DNA from: Candidatus Nomurabacteria bacterium UBA5155
GTDB lineage: Bacteria > Patescibacteriota > Minisyncoccia > Phycocordibacterales > UBA9973
DNA length: 49,710 bases
Direction of reading: 5' to 3'
NCBI GenBank assembly: GCA_002413705.1
Contig: DHXN01000008.1
Coordinates: forward strand, 16,576 to 66,285
Both the position numbers and the translations under genes were made by a program. Shown one piece after another: positions 9,666 through 18,403 of this stretch. Every line of letters begins with the position of its first letter. Positions within the stretch are counted from its first letter, which is position 1. The notes under the pieces were generated by a model, which was not told the origin of the DNA, searched no databases, and was given only the letters and a program-made list of their open reading frames with translations.

Positions 9666-10139
9666 TTATGCGCTGACTTTATCAGTACCGATAGTTTCGA
9701 GATGTCCCTCAGAAAGTTCAAGCATTTCATAATGCCAATTTACTCCTTCTTCACTGAGTATCAGAAGATCCTCATGTTCCATGCCTTCAGCCGCACCGCG
9801 AACAAGCGCCCAGTGCACAATTGCCGCACCTTCAAAGAAACCACTCCATTCCATCAGTTCAGTGGCATTGTCCCATTGGTCAGCAACATACAGGTCGCGC
9901 ATCTTTTTCAATTTTTCTTCCGTGGCAGTTGCTTTCACAAGTGTTGTATCGATGACACCACCATCTGTCGCCAGCTTCATGATCGATTCGCCATGCATGC
10001 GATTTTTCTCTTCTATGTCCACTACCTTTTCTTCACCCAAAGCTTCCACCAATGCCGCGCGACCTTTTTCATAAGTATCGGTACCCACGCGGTTAAATGC
10101 CAATAATTCTCCCAGTTTCTTTCCCACAAATTCATTCAT
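9666..10139 (-). CDS. Hypothetical protein, possibly a ferritin-like four-helix bundle
   Basis: Helical and acidic, with spaced Glu/His candidate ligands (EEKNRMH, E..FFEGAAIVH, EEGVNWH). Confidence 0.65.
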   Translation of the reverse strand: MNEFVGKKLGELLAFNRVGTDTYEKGRAALVEALGEEKVVDIEEKNRMHGESIMKLATDGGVIDTTLVKATATEEKLKKMRDLYVADQWDNATELMEWSGFFEGAAIVHWALVRGAAEGMEHEDLLILSEEGVNWHYEMLELSEGHLETIGTDKVSA

Positions 10140-10255
10140 ATATAATTTGATTATTCTGCTAATGCTGGTTATAGAGTAGAGGAAATTGCGTATTTATACA
10201 AGTCATATATAATTAACAATATTACTCGGTACACTTAATTCAGTAGTTCTATTTT

Positions 10256-10921
10256 ATGGCTCGTAGAGAAGACAAAATAAAAGCAATACAAATGAGGCAA
10301 AAAGGAATGAGTTATTCCAAGATAAAGACTGTTCTGAATGTGAGTAAGAGCACTTTAAGTAATTGGCTTTCTGGTGTAGTGCTTTCAAAAGAACAGTTAA
10401 GTAAGTTGAAAGAAATTACTCCTCAAAAAATAGAACGATATAGAGAAACTATGAAAATTAAAAAAACCGCTCGACTAGAAACTGTTTTTCAAAAAGCACA
10501 ATCTGATATCGGTATATTATCTCAACGAGATCTATTTGTTGCTGGTATTGCTTTATACTGGGGAGAGGGAACAAAAGCACAGCCTGCCCATGTTGCGTTG
10601 ACGAATACTAATCCTGCAATGTTACAATTTTTCCTTAAATGGATTGATATTTTTAATATAGACAAAAGTAAAATACGAATAAGATTGCATTTATACAACG
10701 ATATGGATATTAAAAAATCAATGCAATTTTGGTCAAAAGAACTTTCAATACCACTTGCACAGTTTCGAAAACCGTATATAAAGAAAACGAGTAGTTTTAG
10801 CATTACCTATAGGAATAGTTTCAAAATGGGGACATGCAGTGTAACATATGGCAATGCACCGTTATATGAGTATATAATGATGTGCATAAAGGTTCTTGAA
10901 TCCCCAATAATCCGCTCTTAG
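10256..10921 (+). CDS. HTH plus degenerate LAGLIDADG-like protein, tRNA-adjacent
   Basis: N-terminal HTH (GMSYSKIKTVLNVSKSTLSNW); AGIALYWGEGTK helix followed by TNTNP; AT-rich; stop codon lies inside tRNA-Ile. Confidence 0.7.
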   Translation: MARREDKIKAIQMRQKGMSYSKIKTVLNVSKSTLSNWLSGVVLSKEQLSKLKEITPQKIERYRETMKIKKTARLETVFQKAQSDIGILSQRDLFVAGIALYWGEGTKAQPAHVALTNTNPAMLQFFLKWIDIFNIDKSKIRIRLHLYNDMDIKKSMQFWSKELSIPLAQFRKPYIKKTSSFSITYRNSFKMGTCSVTYGNAPLYEYIMMCIKVLESPIIRS

Positions 10922-10984
10922 CTCAGTTGGTAGAGCAGTCGTCTTATACACGACCGGTCCATGGTTCGAATCCATGAGGGCGGA
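10912..10984 (+). tRNA. tRNA-Ile(TAT)
   Basis: CCGCTCT/AGGGCGG acceptor; GTCGT-CT TAT AC-ACGAC anticodon arm; CATGG-TTCGAAT-CCATG T arm; A73. Confidence 0.92.
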
Positions 10985-11025
10985 CAATATTTACTTTCAA
11001 CAAAAATCTAGTATAGTTTTCTTAT

Positions 11026-11514
11026 ATGAATAAACAAAAAGGTTCTGCAAACGTAATCCTCATTATTTTAGTAGTTCTTTTAGTCGCGACAGTAATCTAT
11101 TTTGCTTTTATTAAAAAGCCAGATGTAACTGTACAACCTATTAATTCTTCTATTCCACCACAGAGTAGTACGGAACAATCAGTAACTTATGTTCCCTCAC
11201 CTTCAAATTTTGGAACAGTAGTAAGTTATAACTCAAAGTGGTCAATCACTCCACAATATTACGGCTCTGCTGCAATGGAAGCAGAAGGAAAAAGTCAGTT
11301 AGTAGGTTATATGTTTACATTGCCAGATGGTGCATTATTAACTTGGGGAGGAAACCAATCTGCATGTTCATCAAGTGAACCAGGATTTAATGTTTCTAGT
11401 GGGAGAGCATGTGTAAAAGGTCTCACTGCCACTATCGGCCATGCCAGTGCACGAGCATCTTTAAGTACAGCAGACCTGAATGCTTTTGGTGATTTTGTTG
11501 TAAAGAACCAATAA
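11026..11514 (+). CDS. Membrane-anchored hypothetical protein with a prepilin-like leader
   Basis: MNKQKG|SANVILIILVVLLVA then a Ser/Pro linker and a domain with two Cys. Confidence 0.7.
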   Translation: MNKQKGSANVILIILVVLLVATVIYFAFIKKPDVTVQPINSSIPPQSSTEQSVTYVPSPSNFGTVVSYNSKWSITPQYYGSAAMEAEGKSQLVGYMFTLPDGALLTWGGNQSACSSSEPGFNVSSGRACVKGLTATIGHASARASLSTADLNAFGDFVVKNQ

Positions 11515-11517
11515 CAT

Positions 11518-12174
11518 ATGAAATTTCTCCTGACTTCATCCGGGCTCACAAATCCCTCCATAGCAAATACACTCCTTGAACTGGTGGGAAAGAAGCCGGA
11601 GGACATTTCGGTAGCGTTTATTCCTACTGCGGCAAATGTAGAACATGGCGAGAAGCAATGGCTTATTGATGACCTGACCACTCTCGCCAATCAAAAATAT
11701 AAATCGGTTGATATTGTAGATATCTCAGCAGTATCAAAAGAAATATGGCTGCCAAAATTTGAAGCAGCCGATGTATTATTTTTTGAGGGCGGTAACACAT
11801 ATCACCTCATGGAATGGATAAACAAATCAGGCCTGAAAGATGTATTGCCAGAATTATTGAAAACAAAAGTTTGGGTGGGTGTCAGTGCAGGTAGTATGGT
11901 GACGAACAAAGATTTGTCACTCAAAATCTCTCAAACGATATACGAAGAAGATCTGGATAAAACAACAGACATGACAGGATTGAATTTCGTAAATTTTTAT
12001 TTCTTACCACATCTTAACTCTCAATATTTCACAAAAGTGCGAAAAGAAAATATCGAGAAAGTTGTTGAAGGAGTGACTGAAAAAATCTATGTTATGGATG
12101 ATAATGGCGCAGTGAAAGTGGTAGATGGAAAAGTTGAGATTGTGACGGAAGGCGAGTATTTGGAGTTTAATTAG
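11518..12174 (+). CDS. Peptidase E / S51 family (class I glutamine amidotransferase-like)
   Basis: FIPTAAN, EGGNT, GVSAGS nucleophile elbow, LPH. Confidence 0.88.
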   Translation: MKFLLTSSGLTNPSIANTLLELVGKKPEDISVAFIPTAANVEHGEKQWLIDDLTTLANQKYKSVDIVDISAVSKEIWLPKFEAADVLFFEGGNTYHLMEWINKSGLKDVLPELLKTKVWVGVSAGSMVTNKDLSLKISQTIYEEDLDKTTDMTGLNFVNFYFLPHLNSQYFTKVRKENIEKVVEGVTEKIYVMDDNGAVKVVDGKVEIVTEGEYLEFN

Positions 12175-12238
12175 ACGCGCTAAGTTGCTATACTGAAAGA
12201 GGTTGTCGTTATTTATAACCGACGGCGATCATATACAT

Positions 12239-12610
12239 ATGATGAACACACAAAAAGCGGCAAAATGGTTCGGATACATACTGCTGATTGTTGGTATTCT
12301 TGGATTTATTCCAGGAGTGGTGACGGGCAGCGGACTTCTGCTTGGTACTTTCCAAGTGGATGTGATGCACAATCTTATTCATATTATTAGTGGTCTTATT
12401 GCTGTCGCTTGTGCGGCTAGCTTCGGTGGCGCTAAACTGTATTTCAAAATCTTTGGTATTGTTTACGCGCTTGTCACCATTCTCGGTTTCTTAGGTGGCG
12501 GTATAGTACTTGGCATGATGATGAATATGGCAGACAATGTTCTACATCTTGTGATCACAGTCTTTGCGCTGTATTACGGTTTTCGTAATGAAGGTGGAGC
12601 GACAATGTAA
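12239..12610 (+). CDS. DUF4383-like membrane protein
   Basis: VGILGFIPG, HNLIHIISG, ADNVLHL; four TM helices. Confidence 0.8.
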   Translation: MMNTQKAAKWFGYILLIVGILGFIPGVVTGSGLLLGTFQVDVMHNLIHIISGLIAVACAASFGGAKLYFKIFGIVYALVTILGFLGGGIVLGMMMNMADNVLHLVITVFALYYGFRNEGGATM

Positions 12611-12612
12611 TT

Positions 12613-14814
12613 TCATTCGAAATGCATCTTCTCAAACGGCTTAGTATAAGCATCCAGTAATGGGTGCTTTTCTAATGTCGGATCTTCAACAATGAGCGTA
12701 ATGGCTGCTTGGCGCGCTGCTTCCACTAGTTTCAAATTGCGCAGCGCCTCCATACCGATATCGGAAATGCCCCATTGTTGTGTGCCGGTTAGCTCGCCGG
12801 TGCCGCGCAGCTGCAAGTCATACTCTGCCAATTCAAAACCATTTTTGGCTTCCAAAAATAATTTCATGCGCTCTTGTGTGCGTTCACTCTTGGCATCAGC
12901 GAACAAATAACAATACGGCTGGTATGACGATCGCTGTACGCGTCCGCGCAATTGATGCAGTTGTGACAGACCAAAACGTTCGGCACCTTCAATAATAATC
13001 ACTGTTGCATTGGGTACGTTCACGCCGACTTCCACCACCGATGTTGCCACCAGTATGTCGACTTCATGATTCACAAAGTCATACATGCTTTCTTCCTTCT
13101 TTTCTTTGGTCATCTTGCTGTGCAGTATGCCGATGCGATATTCTGGAAATATTTTTTCTTGCAATCGCTTGGCTTCGGTCGTGACATTTTTCATCTGTAG
13201 TTTTGCTATTGTATCTTTTGCATCTTTGTCAGACGAAGCGATGCGAGGACAAATGATGTAACACTGTCGTCCTTCTTTTAGTACGGCGCGAATTTTTTCA
13301 TACACATCTTCGCGTTTGTCAGGTGTGACAAGTACGGTAGTGACTTGCTTGCGCCCGGCGGGCAGTTGATCAAGCAGTGACAAATCCAAGTCGCCATAGA
13401 TCGTCAGTGCCAGCGTGCGAGGAATCGGTGTGGCAGTCATCGAAAGTAGGTGAGGAAAGTGTGTATCTTTTTTGGCCAACCCTTTGCGTTGATTGAGCCC
13501 GAAGCGATGTTGCTCGTCGATAATTGCCAGTGCCAGGTGTTTGAATGTCAGACTTTTTTGAATGAGCGCATGCGTGCCGATGACAATAGGAATTTCACCA
13601 TTGGCAATCCATTTTGAAAGTTGCGGTCGAGAGATAGTTGTCCAATTATCTTTGTTTGATGCGACCTTACTGGGAAATTTTCTGCAGCCGCTGCCAGTGA
13701 TCAATGCAATGGAAATACCTGTGTGACGAAAGAGTTCAATGAAACTTTCGAAATGTTGTGTCGCCAGTATTTCTGTTGGCGCCATGTACGCGACCTGTAG
13801 GCTGCCATATGTTTGTTTGGTGCGAACCGATCGGTCAAGCGGTTTATCAGTTGCTTTAAATGGACGATTCATGATCGTGGCATATGCAGCCACGGCAGCA
13901 ACGGCAGTCTTGCCGCTACCAACATCTCCTTCCAGTAAACGTGACATTGGCACATCATGTTCCATGTCTTGCAAAATATGTCCGATAGCGGTGCGCTGTG
14001 CATCGGTCAGAGGAAAACCAAAGCGTTTGATAAAATCTTCAGTGTCGACACTTTCGGTATTGATTGCATAGGCTACTTGCTCTTTGATATTTAAGCGCTC
14101 CTTTTGTCGCGCAATGTTGATAGAAAATATTTCATCAAATGCAAAACGCTTGCGCGCGATAATGGCGTTATCTTTTGTTTTTGGTCCGTGTATCCAAATC
14201 AGTGCCGTTTTCAACGTGGGAAGTGAATTTTGTTTGAGCAGTTCGGCAGGAAGGTGGTCGGGAATAGTTTCCAACGTCGCCAGTGCTCGTGTCACTGCAT
14301 GATGCAGCCACAAGCTCGATACGCCACGTGTTTCTGGATAGACTGGTGTTAGCACGGCATGTTCATCGCTGGCAAAAAGCGAATCGTGACTATCGATCGG
14401 CAGTGCTTTCTCCTCGCGCACTGTTGGATTGACCATTGCCAAGCTGTCTTTGTAAGTGCTGACCTTGCCGGTGATTTCGATTGTGCCTCCAACGTGCAGC
14501 ATTTTTGATAGGTATGGCTGATTGAACCAAATGACAGTCATGGTGCCGCCGACATCTTCAATGACACCTTCGGTCAGTGCCATTTTGCTTTTCCATGATT
14601 TTTTGGCCGTCAGTTTTTTGATAGTGCCACGAACTGTGGCGACCGTGTCTTCGGTCAGACCCTGGATTGAAACATACTGACTTTCATCGGCATAGCGCGT
14701 CGGGAAGTGATAGAGCAGGTCGCGGACTGTCACGATACCAAGTTTGGCCAAGCCTATTTTTTTGTCCCCATCCAGTCGGGTAAGTTCGGCAATTGGTGAC
14801 TGAAGGGTAATCAT
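12613..14814 (-). CDS. recG: ATP-dependent DNA helicase RecG
   Basis: Wedge/OB domain, GDVGSGKT, MAPTEILATQH, DEQHRFG, TATPIPRTL, QLRGRV. Confidence 0.97.
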   Translation of the reverse strand: MITLQSPIAELTRLDGDKKIGLAKLGIVTVRDLLYHFPTRYADESQYVSIQGLTEDTVATVRGTIKKLTAKKSWKSKMALTEGVIEDVGGTMTVIWFNQPYLSKMLHVGGTIEITGKVSTYKDSLAMVNPTVREEKALPIDSHDSLFASDEHAVLTPVYPETRGVSSLWLHHAVTRALATLETIPDHLPAELLKQNSLPTLKTALIWIHGPKTKDNAIIARKRFAFDEIFSINIARQKERLNIKEQVAYAINTESVDTEDFIKRFGFPLTDAQRTAIGHILQDMEHDVPMSRLLEGDVGSGKTAVAAVAAYATIMNRPFKATDKPLDRSVRTKQTYGSLQVAYMAPTEILATQHFESFIELFRHTGISIALITGSGCRKFPSKVASNKDNWTTISRPQLSKWIANGEIPIVIGTHALIQKSLTFKHLALAIIDEQHRFGLNQRKGLAKKDTHFPHLLSMTATPIPRTLALTIYGDLDLSLLDQLPAGRKQVTTVLVTPDKREDVYEKIRAVLKEGRQCYIICPRIASSDKDAKDTIAKLQMKNVTTEAKRLQEKIFPEYRIGILHSKMTKEKKEESMYDFVNHEVDILVATSVVEVGVNVPNATVIIIEGAERFGLSQLHQLRGRVQRSSYQPYCYLFADAKSERTQERMKLFLEAKNGFELAEYDLQLRGTGELTGTQQWGISDIGMEALRNLKLVEAARQAAITLIVEDPTLEKHPLLDAYTKPFEKMHFE

Positions 14815-14825
14815 TTAAACAGTAT

Positions 14826-14860
14826 AGCAAAAGGCCATCCCGTAGGGATGGCCTTTTGCT
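14826..14860. terminator. Intrinsic terminator of the RRM gene
   Basis: AGCAAAAGGCCATCCC-GTA-GGGATGGCCTTTTGCT perfect inverted repeat. Confidence 0.88.
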
Positions 14861-14880
14861 CTATAATCTTGCGATTATGA

Positions 14881-15189
14881 TTAGTTACGGTTATCGCGAC
14901 TGAAGCCACGATTTCCACCGCCATTACCACCTTCACGCTTTTCGCTAGGGCGAGCAATGTCAACGAAGATGGTGCGTCCATCTAGTTCAGTGTTGTTAAG
15001 CTTATCAACAGATGCCTGAGCTTCTGCATCACTTGAAAATTCAACGAAGCCAAATCCTTTTGATTTGCCAGTCATTTTGTCCATGATAACGTTCGCACTG
15101 GTAACTGTACCAACTTGTGCGAAGTAGTCTGATAAACCTTGGTTGTTGGTGTTGAATGAGAGACTACCAACGAAAACTTTATTATTCAT
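14881..15189 (-). CDS. RRM (RNP-1) RNA-binding protein
   Basis: VFVGSL (RNP2), KGFGFVEF (RNP1), Gly/Arg tail. Confidence 0.95.
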   Translation of the reverse strand: MNNKVFVGSLSFNTNNQGLSDYFAQVGTVTSANVIMDKMTGKSKGFGFVEFSSDAEAQASVDKLNNTELDGRTIFVDIARPSEKREGGNGGGNRGFSRDNRN

Positions 15190-15293
15190 TATATATTTTA
15201 CTTATTTATTATCCTTGCAACGCACTATTTCGAAACAGAGCACATTACAATAGCCACACTATAGCACACATTTCTCAAAATACGCTAAAGGTC

Positions 15294-15869
15294 TCAATCT
15301 AGTGTCACGCTGCTTTTTGGCAAAAAATAGAACAATGGCGGAATAGCCAGTAGAACATAGCCCAAAGGAATAGAAATAACAGGAGCAAGTATGGCCAAGA
15401 AGTACACAGTTGGACCAAGCAGGCTGCGCTTCATGCCGATAATATGACGATCATTGCAGCTTTTATGAATCCAGTAGCGAAGCAAGCTAAAACTGGCTGA
15501 AGCGCCAAAGAGCACCAGTGCGTAGATGCTCTGCGCTGCCGCAGAAGGAGCATTGAGACTCATGGTTTGCGTGACGAAAGGAATAAGTGTCACGAAAAAC
15601 AAAAAGAAAATATTCAGCCACAAAACGCGACGCTGATTGATAGTAGTCAGCATTTGTGTCAGCTGATGATGATTGACCCAAAAAATAGCGATGGCGGTAA
15701 AACTTAAAATAAATGTCAGCAGGCTGGGAATGAGCGGTACTAGTCCTTGAAATGAAAATTGCGCAGTTTTTAAATAGGGAACACGAAGTTCCAATGCCAG
15801 TAATGTGACAGCGATTGCGAAGACACCATCGCTGAAAGATTCGAAACGGATTTTATTGGTTGGTTGCAT
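15294..15869 (-). CDS. TMEM175-family potassium channel (DUF1211)
   Basis: RFESFSDGVFAIAVTLL, FWVNHH, LIPF motifs. Confidence 0.9.
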   Translation of the reverse strand: MQPTNKIRFESFSDGVFAIAVTLLALELRVPYLKTAQFSFQGLVPLIPSLLTFILSFTAIAIFWVNHHQLTQMLTTINQRRVLWLNIFFLFFVTLIPFVTQTMSLNAPSAAAQSIYALVLFGASASFSLLRYWIHKSCNDRHIIGMKRSLLGPTVYFLAILAPVISIPLGYVLLAIPPLFYFLPKSSVTLD

Positions 15870-15970
15870 GTTGAAAGTATATCCTATTGAGGATCGTATA
15901 TACTAGTAGGAGGCGACAATTTCAGTTATGATTGGATGGTCTTATTAGTAATAAATAAAATGTTAACTAT

Positions 15971-16798
15971 ATGAATAAAAAATTACTTACTATATCAACA
16001 CTTATGCTTGCGGCTACTGTTGCAAGTGCGAGTCTTGCGACACTAGCACTGGCTGAGGATAATAATACCAACGCAAATGTTGGTGTGAATCTCACTGCCC
16101 CAGGTCTCATTATGCACACCCAAAGCAATGGCGATGGAAACAACATGATGGGCGGCGAACATCGTGGTGCGATAGTTGGTAAAGCTGCTGGACACATGAT
16201 GTCAGGAATATATGGAACAGTTACTGCTGTAAGCGGCAACACTGTCACCGTGCAAAGCAAGACATTCACGAAGGGTAGTACCACTAGTACGATGACTACC
16301 TACACCGTGGACGCGTCTGTTGCAACTATAGTGAAAAACAAAGCGGCAAGTGTTGTCTCAGCAATCGCAGTGGGCGATACCATAATGGTACAGGGAACAT
16401 TGACCGGTACATCAATTGTAGCAAAAACTATTATTGACGGTATCGTGATAAAAAATCAGCCAGAGATTGATAAAAACAGCACGACTCTTCCAATAGGAAA
16501 TGGTCAGCCAATTGTCGTAGGTACAGTCACTGCGATCAATGGCAGTACTGTGACTATTACAAACAAAAGTAATGTCTCATACACAATCAATGTAGCCGGT
16601 GCGACTGTAACAAAAAATGGTGACACTAGTACCGTTTCAAATGTTACAGTAGGAGACACCGTACTTGCTCAGGGTACAATCAATGGTACATCAGTTACCG
16701 CAGTCTCACTTACCGACAGCGCAACTGCATCTACTAATGTAAATAAACACAAAGGATTCTTCGGAATGATCGGAGCATTCTTCGCAAGATTTTTCTAA
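15971..16798 (+). CDS. Secreted DUF5666-like tandem beta-repeat protein
   Basis: Signal peptide; two repeats of GTVTA.sG.TVT...YTv...a.ivKn...s.VS.i.VGDT...QGT. Confidence 0.8.
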   Translation: MNKKLLTISTLMLAATVASASLATLALAEDNNTNANVGVNLTAPGLIMHTQSNGDGNNMMGGEHRGAIVGKAAGHMMSGIYGTVTAVSGNTVTVQSKTFTKGSTTSTMTTYTVDASVATIVKNKAASVVSAIAVGDTIMVQGTLTGTSIVAKTIIDGIVIKNQPEIDKNSTTLPIGNGQPIVVGTVTAINGSTVTITNKSNVSYTINVAGATVTKNGDTSTVSNVTVGDTVLAQGTINGTSVTAVSLTDSATASTNVNKHKGFFGMIGAFFARFF

Positions 16799-16822
16799 AG
16801 AGAAATTAGATTGAACATAGAT

Positions 16823-16859
16823 AGTAAAAAGCCAATCTTTACAGGATTGGCTTTTTACT
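16823..16859 (+). terminator. Intrinsic terminator
   Basis: AGTAAAAAGCCAATC...GATTGGCTTTTTACT. Confidence 0.85.
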
Positions 16860-16896
16860 TTTTTACCATTTTGAGCTATGATATCCTCACAATCCT

Positions 16897-16981
16897 GGAG
16901 GATTGGATGAGTGGTTTAAATCAACGGTTTACTAAACCGTCGACTGTAAAAGGTCCGTGAGTTCGAATCTCACATCCTCCG
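16897..16981 (+). tRNA. tRNA-Ser(ACT)
   Basis: GGAGGAT/ATCCTCC acceptor, G73, long variable arm, ACGGT-TT ACT AA-ACCGT, GTGAG-TTCGAAT-CTCAC. Confidence 0.88.
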
Positions 16982-17007
16982 CCGCTACTTTAGGGTATAA
17001 TCATCCT

Positions 17008-17643
17008 ATGAATCAAGAACAACAGCTTACTGAATATCTCTTAAAAAAATATAACCCACTCGCAATTCTCATTCACGGTTCACGAGCAAGCGGGTATGCG
17101 CGCGAACATAGCGATTGGGATTTTGCGATTATCGTAGACAAAGATATTGAAGTTGAGCGAGAAATAATTGATGGAGCAAATATCGAGATACGAGTACTGC
17201 AACTTCCTTTCGATGCACAAAAGATTGGAGACAAATGGATAGCCCTTAGAAAAGGGAATGTTAAAGTTGTATACGATCCTCAAAATATCACAGAATCAAT
17301 AATTGAAAAAGTTACAGAATACTATAACAAGCCGATGGTATGGGCGAAGGGAGAGATTTTTGGACACAAGGCTTGGTACCGTTCTCATACAGACGGCATG
17401 ATCGATTATCAGAATGACCATCTCGCGTTCTACAGAAAATTAAGTGAGCTTTATACAAGATCAATAATGTATTGGTTTCATTTCCTGCATAATACATACA
17501 TGCCCCAGGTATATCTTTCATTGCCTCGAATTGAAAAAGAGGACCCTGAACATTATGAACTTCTAAAGGTTCTCGCCGGAAATGGTACGAATCAGGAAAA
17601 GATTGAAGCAGCTGAGAAAATTTATAACAGAATTTGGAAATAA
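17008..17643 (+). CDS. Pol-beta-type nucleotidyltransferase with a helical C-terminal domain
   Basis: HGSRASG...SDWD motif; ATG lies 6 nt after TATAAT. Confidence 0.85.
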   Translation: MNQEQQLTEYLLKKYNPLAILIHGSRASGYAREHSDWDFAIIVDKDIEVEREIIDGANIEIRVLQLPFDAQKIGDKWIALRKGNVKVVYDPQNITESIIEKVTEYYNKPMVWAKGEIFGHKAWYRSHTDGMIDYQNDHLAFYRKLSELYTRSIMYWFHFLHNTYMPQVYLSLPRIEKEDPEHYELLKVLAGNGTNQEKIEAAEKIYNRIWK

Positions 17644-17670
17644 GTTCCAACATCCTGCCACAGCGCCCGC
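17644..17670 (+). repeat. 27-bp cassette-end repeat R1
   Basis: GTTCCAACATCCTGCCACAGCGCCCGC. Confidence 0.9.
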
Positions 17671-17672
17671 CG

Positions 17673-17710
17673 ATACAGAAAAAGACCGCATGTGCGGTCT
17701 TTTTCTGTAT
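17673..17710. terminator. Bidirectional terminator
   Basis: ATACAGAAAAAGACCGCA-TG-TGCGGTCTTTTTCTGTAT perfect inverted repeat. Confidence 0.85.
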
Positions 17711-17725
17711 ACGTTTTTTTGAGTA

Positions 17726-17857
17726 TTATTTAACAACCTCGGTAAAAATTTCGCCAGTTCGTTCGATTTCAAAATTTCCTAGACGTATCCAAGATGTAGA
17801 TATTTTGATAAATACAATTTCACTATCCTGTAGTTGGTCGATGGATGGTTGCCCTAT
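17726..17857 (-). pseudogene. 3' gene remnant, possibly a pyridoxamine-oxidase-like split barrel
   Basis: Startless frame IGQPSIDQLQDSEIVFIKISTSWIRLGNFEIERTGEIFTEVVK* pointing at the terminator. Confidence 0.4.
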
Positions 17858-17922
17858 TCATGGTAAGTCCAATTAGATAATTCAATGCTTCGTATTATTG
17901 TCATTAGGCGTATACTTAATAC

Positions 17923-18321
17923 ATGAAAGGATACAAAGGAGATATTGAAAAAGACACGTTAGATAATAGTAATTTCAGAAAAGTATTATACACAGCAAAA
18001 CACAGCCAGCTCGTTTTAATGAGCTTGAAGCCATTAGAAGAAATTGGTTTGGAAGTTCATCCAGATAATGATCAGTTCTTTCGTTTTGAAGGAGGAACAG
18101 GGAAGGTTGTTATCGATGATACAACATATGAAGTGAGTGATGGTATGGCAGTGATTATTCCTGCAGGATCTCAGCACAATGTCATTAATACTTCAGAAAC
18201 AGAAGCGCTAAAAATGTACACCATTTATTCACCCGCGCACCACAAAGACGGTGTGATACATGCCACTAAGGCTGATGCTGAGAGTTCGGATGAAGAATTC
18301 GACGGAGTAACTACTGAATAA
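17923..18321 (+). CDS. Cupin domain protein
   Basis: EIGLEVHPDNDQFF..E.G and IPAGSQHNVIN cupin motifs. Confidence 0.92.
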   Translation: MKGYKGDIEKDTLDNSNFRKVLYTAKHSQLVLMSLKPLEEIGLEVHPDNDQFFRFEGGTGKVVIDDTTYEVSDGMAVIIPAGSQHNVINTSETEALKMYTIYSPAHHKDGVIHATKADAESSDEEFDGVTTE

Positions 18322-18350
18322 TTATATGTATAATAATGTTGGTTAAATAA

Positions 18351-18377
18351 GTTCCACCATCCTGCCACAATGCCCGC
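18351..18377 (+). repeat. 27-bp cassette-end repeat R2
   Basis: GTTCCACCATCCTGCCACAATGCCCGC (24/27 identical to R1). Confidence 0.9.
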
Positions 18378-18403
18378 AGCTACTTTTTGCTATACTAAAA
18401 TAT

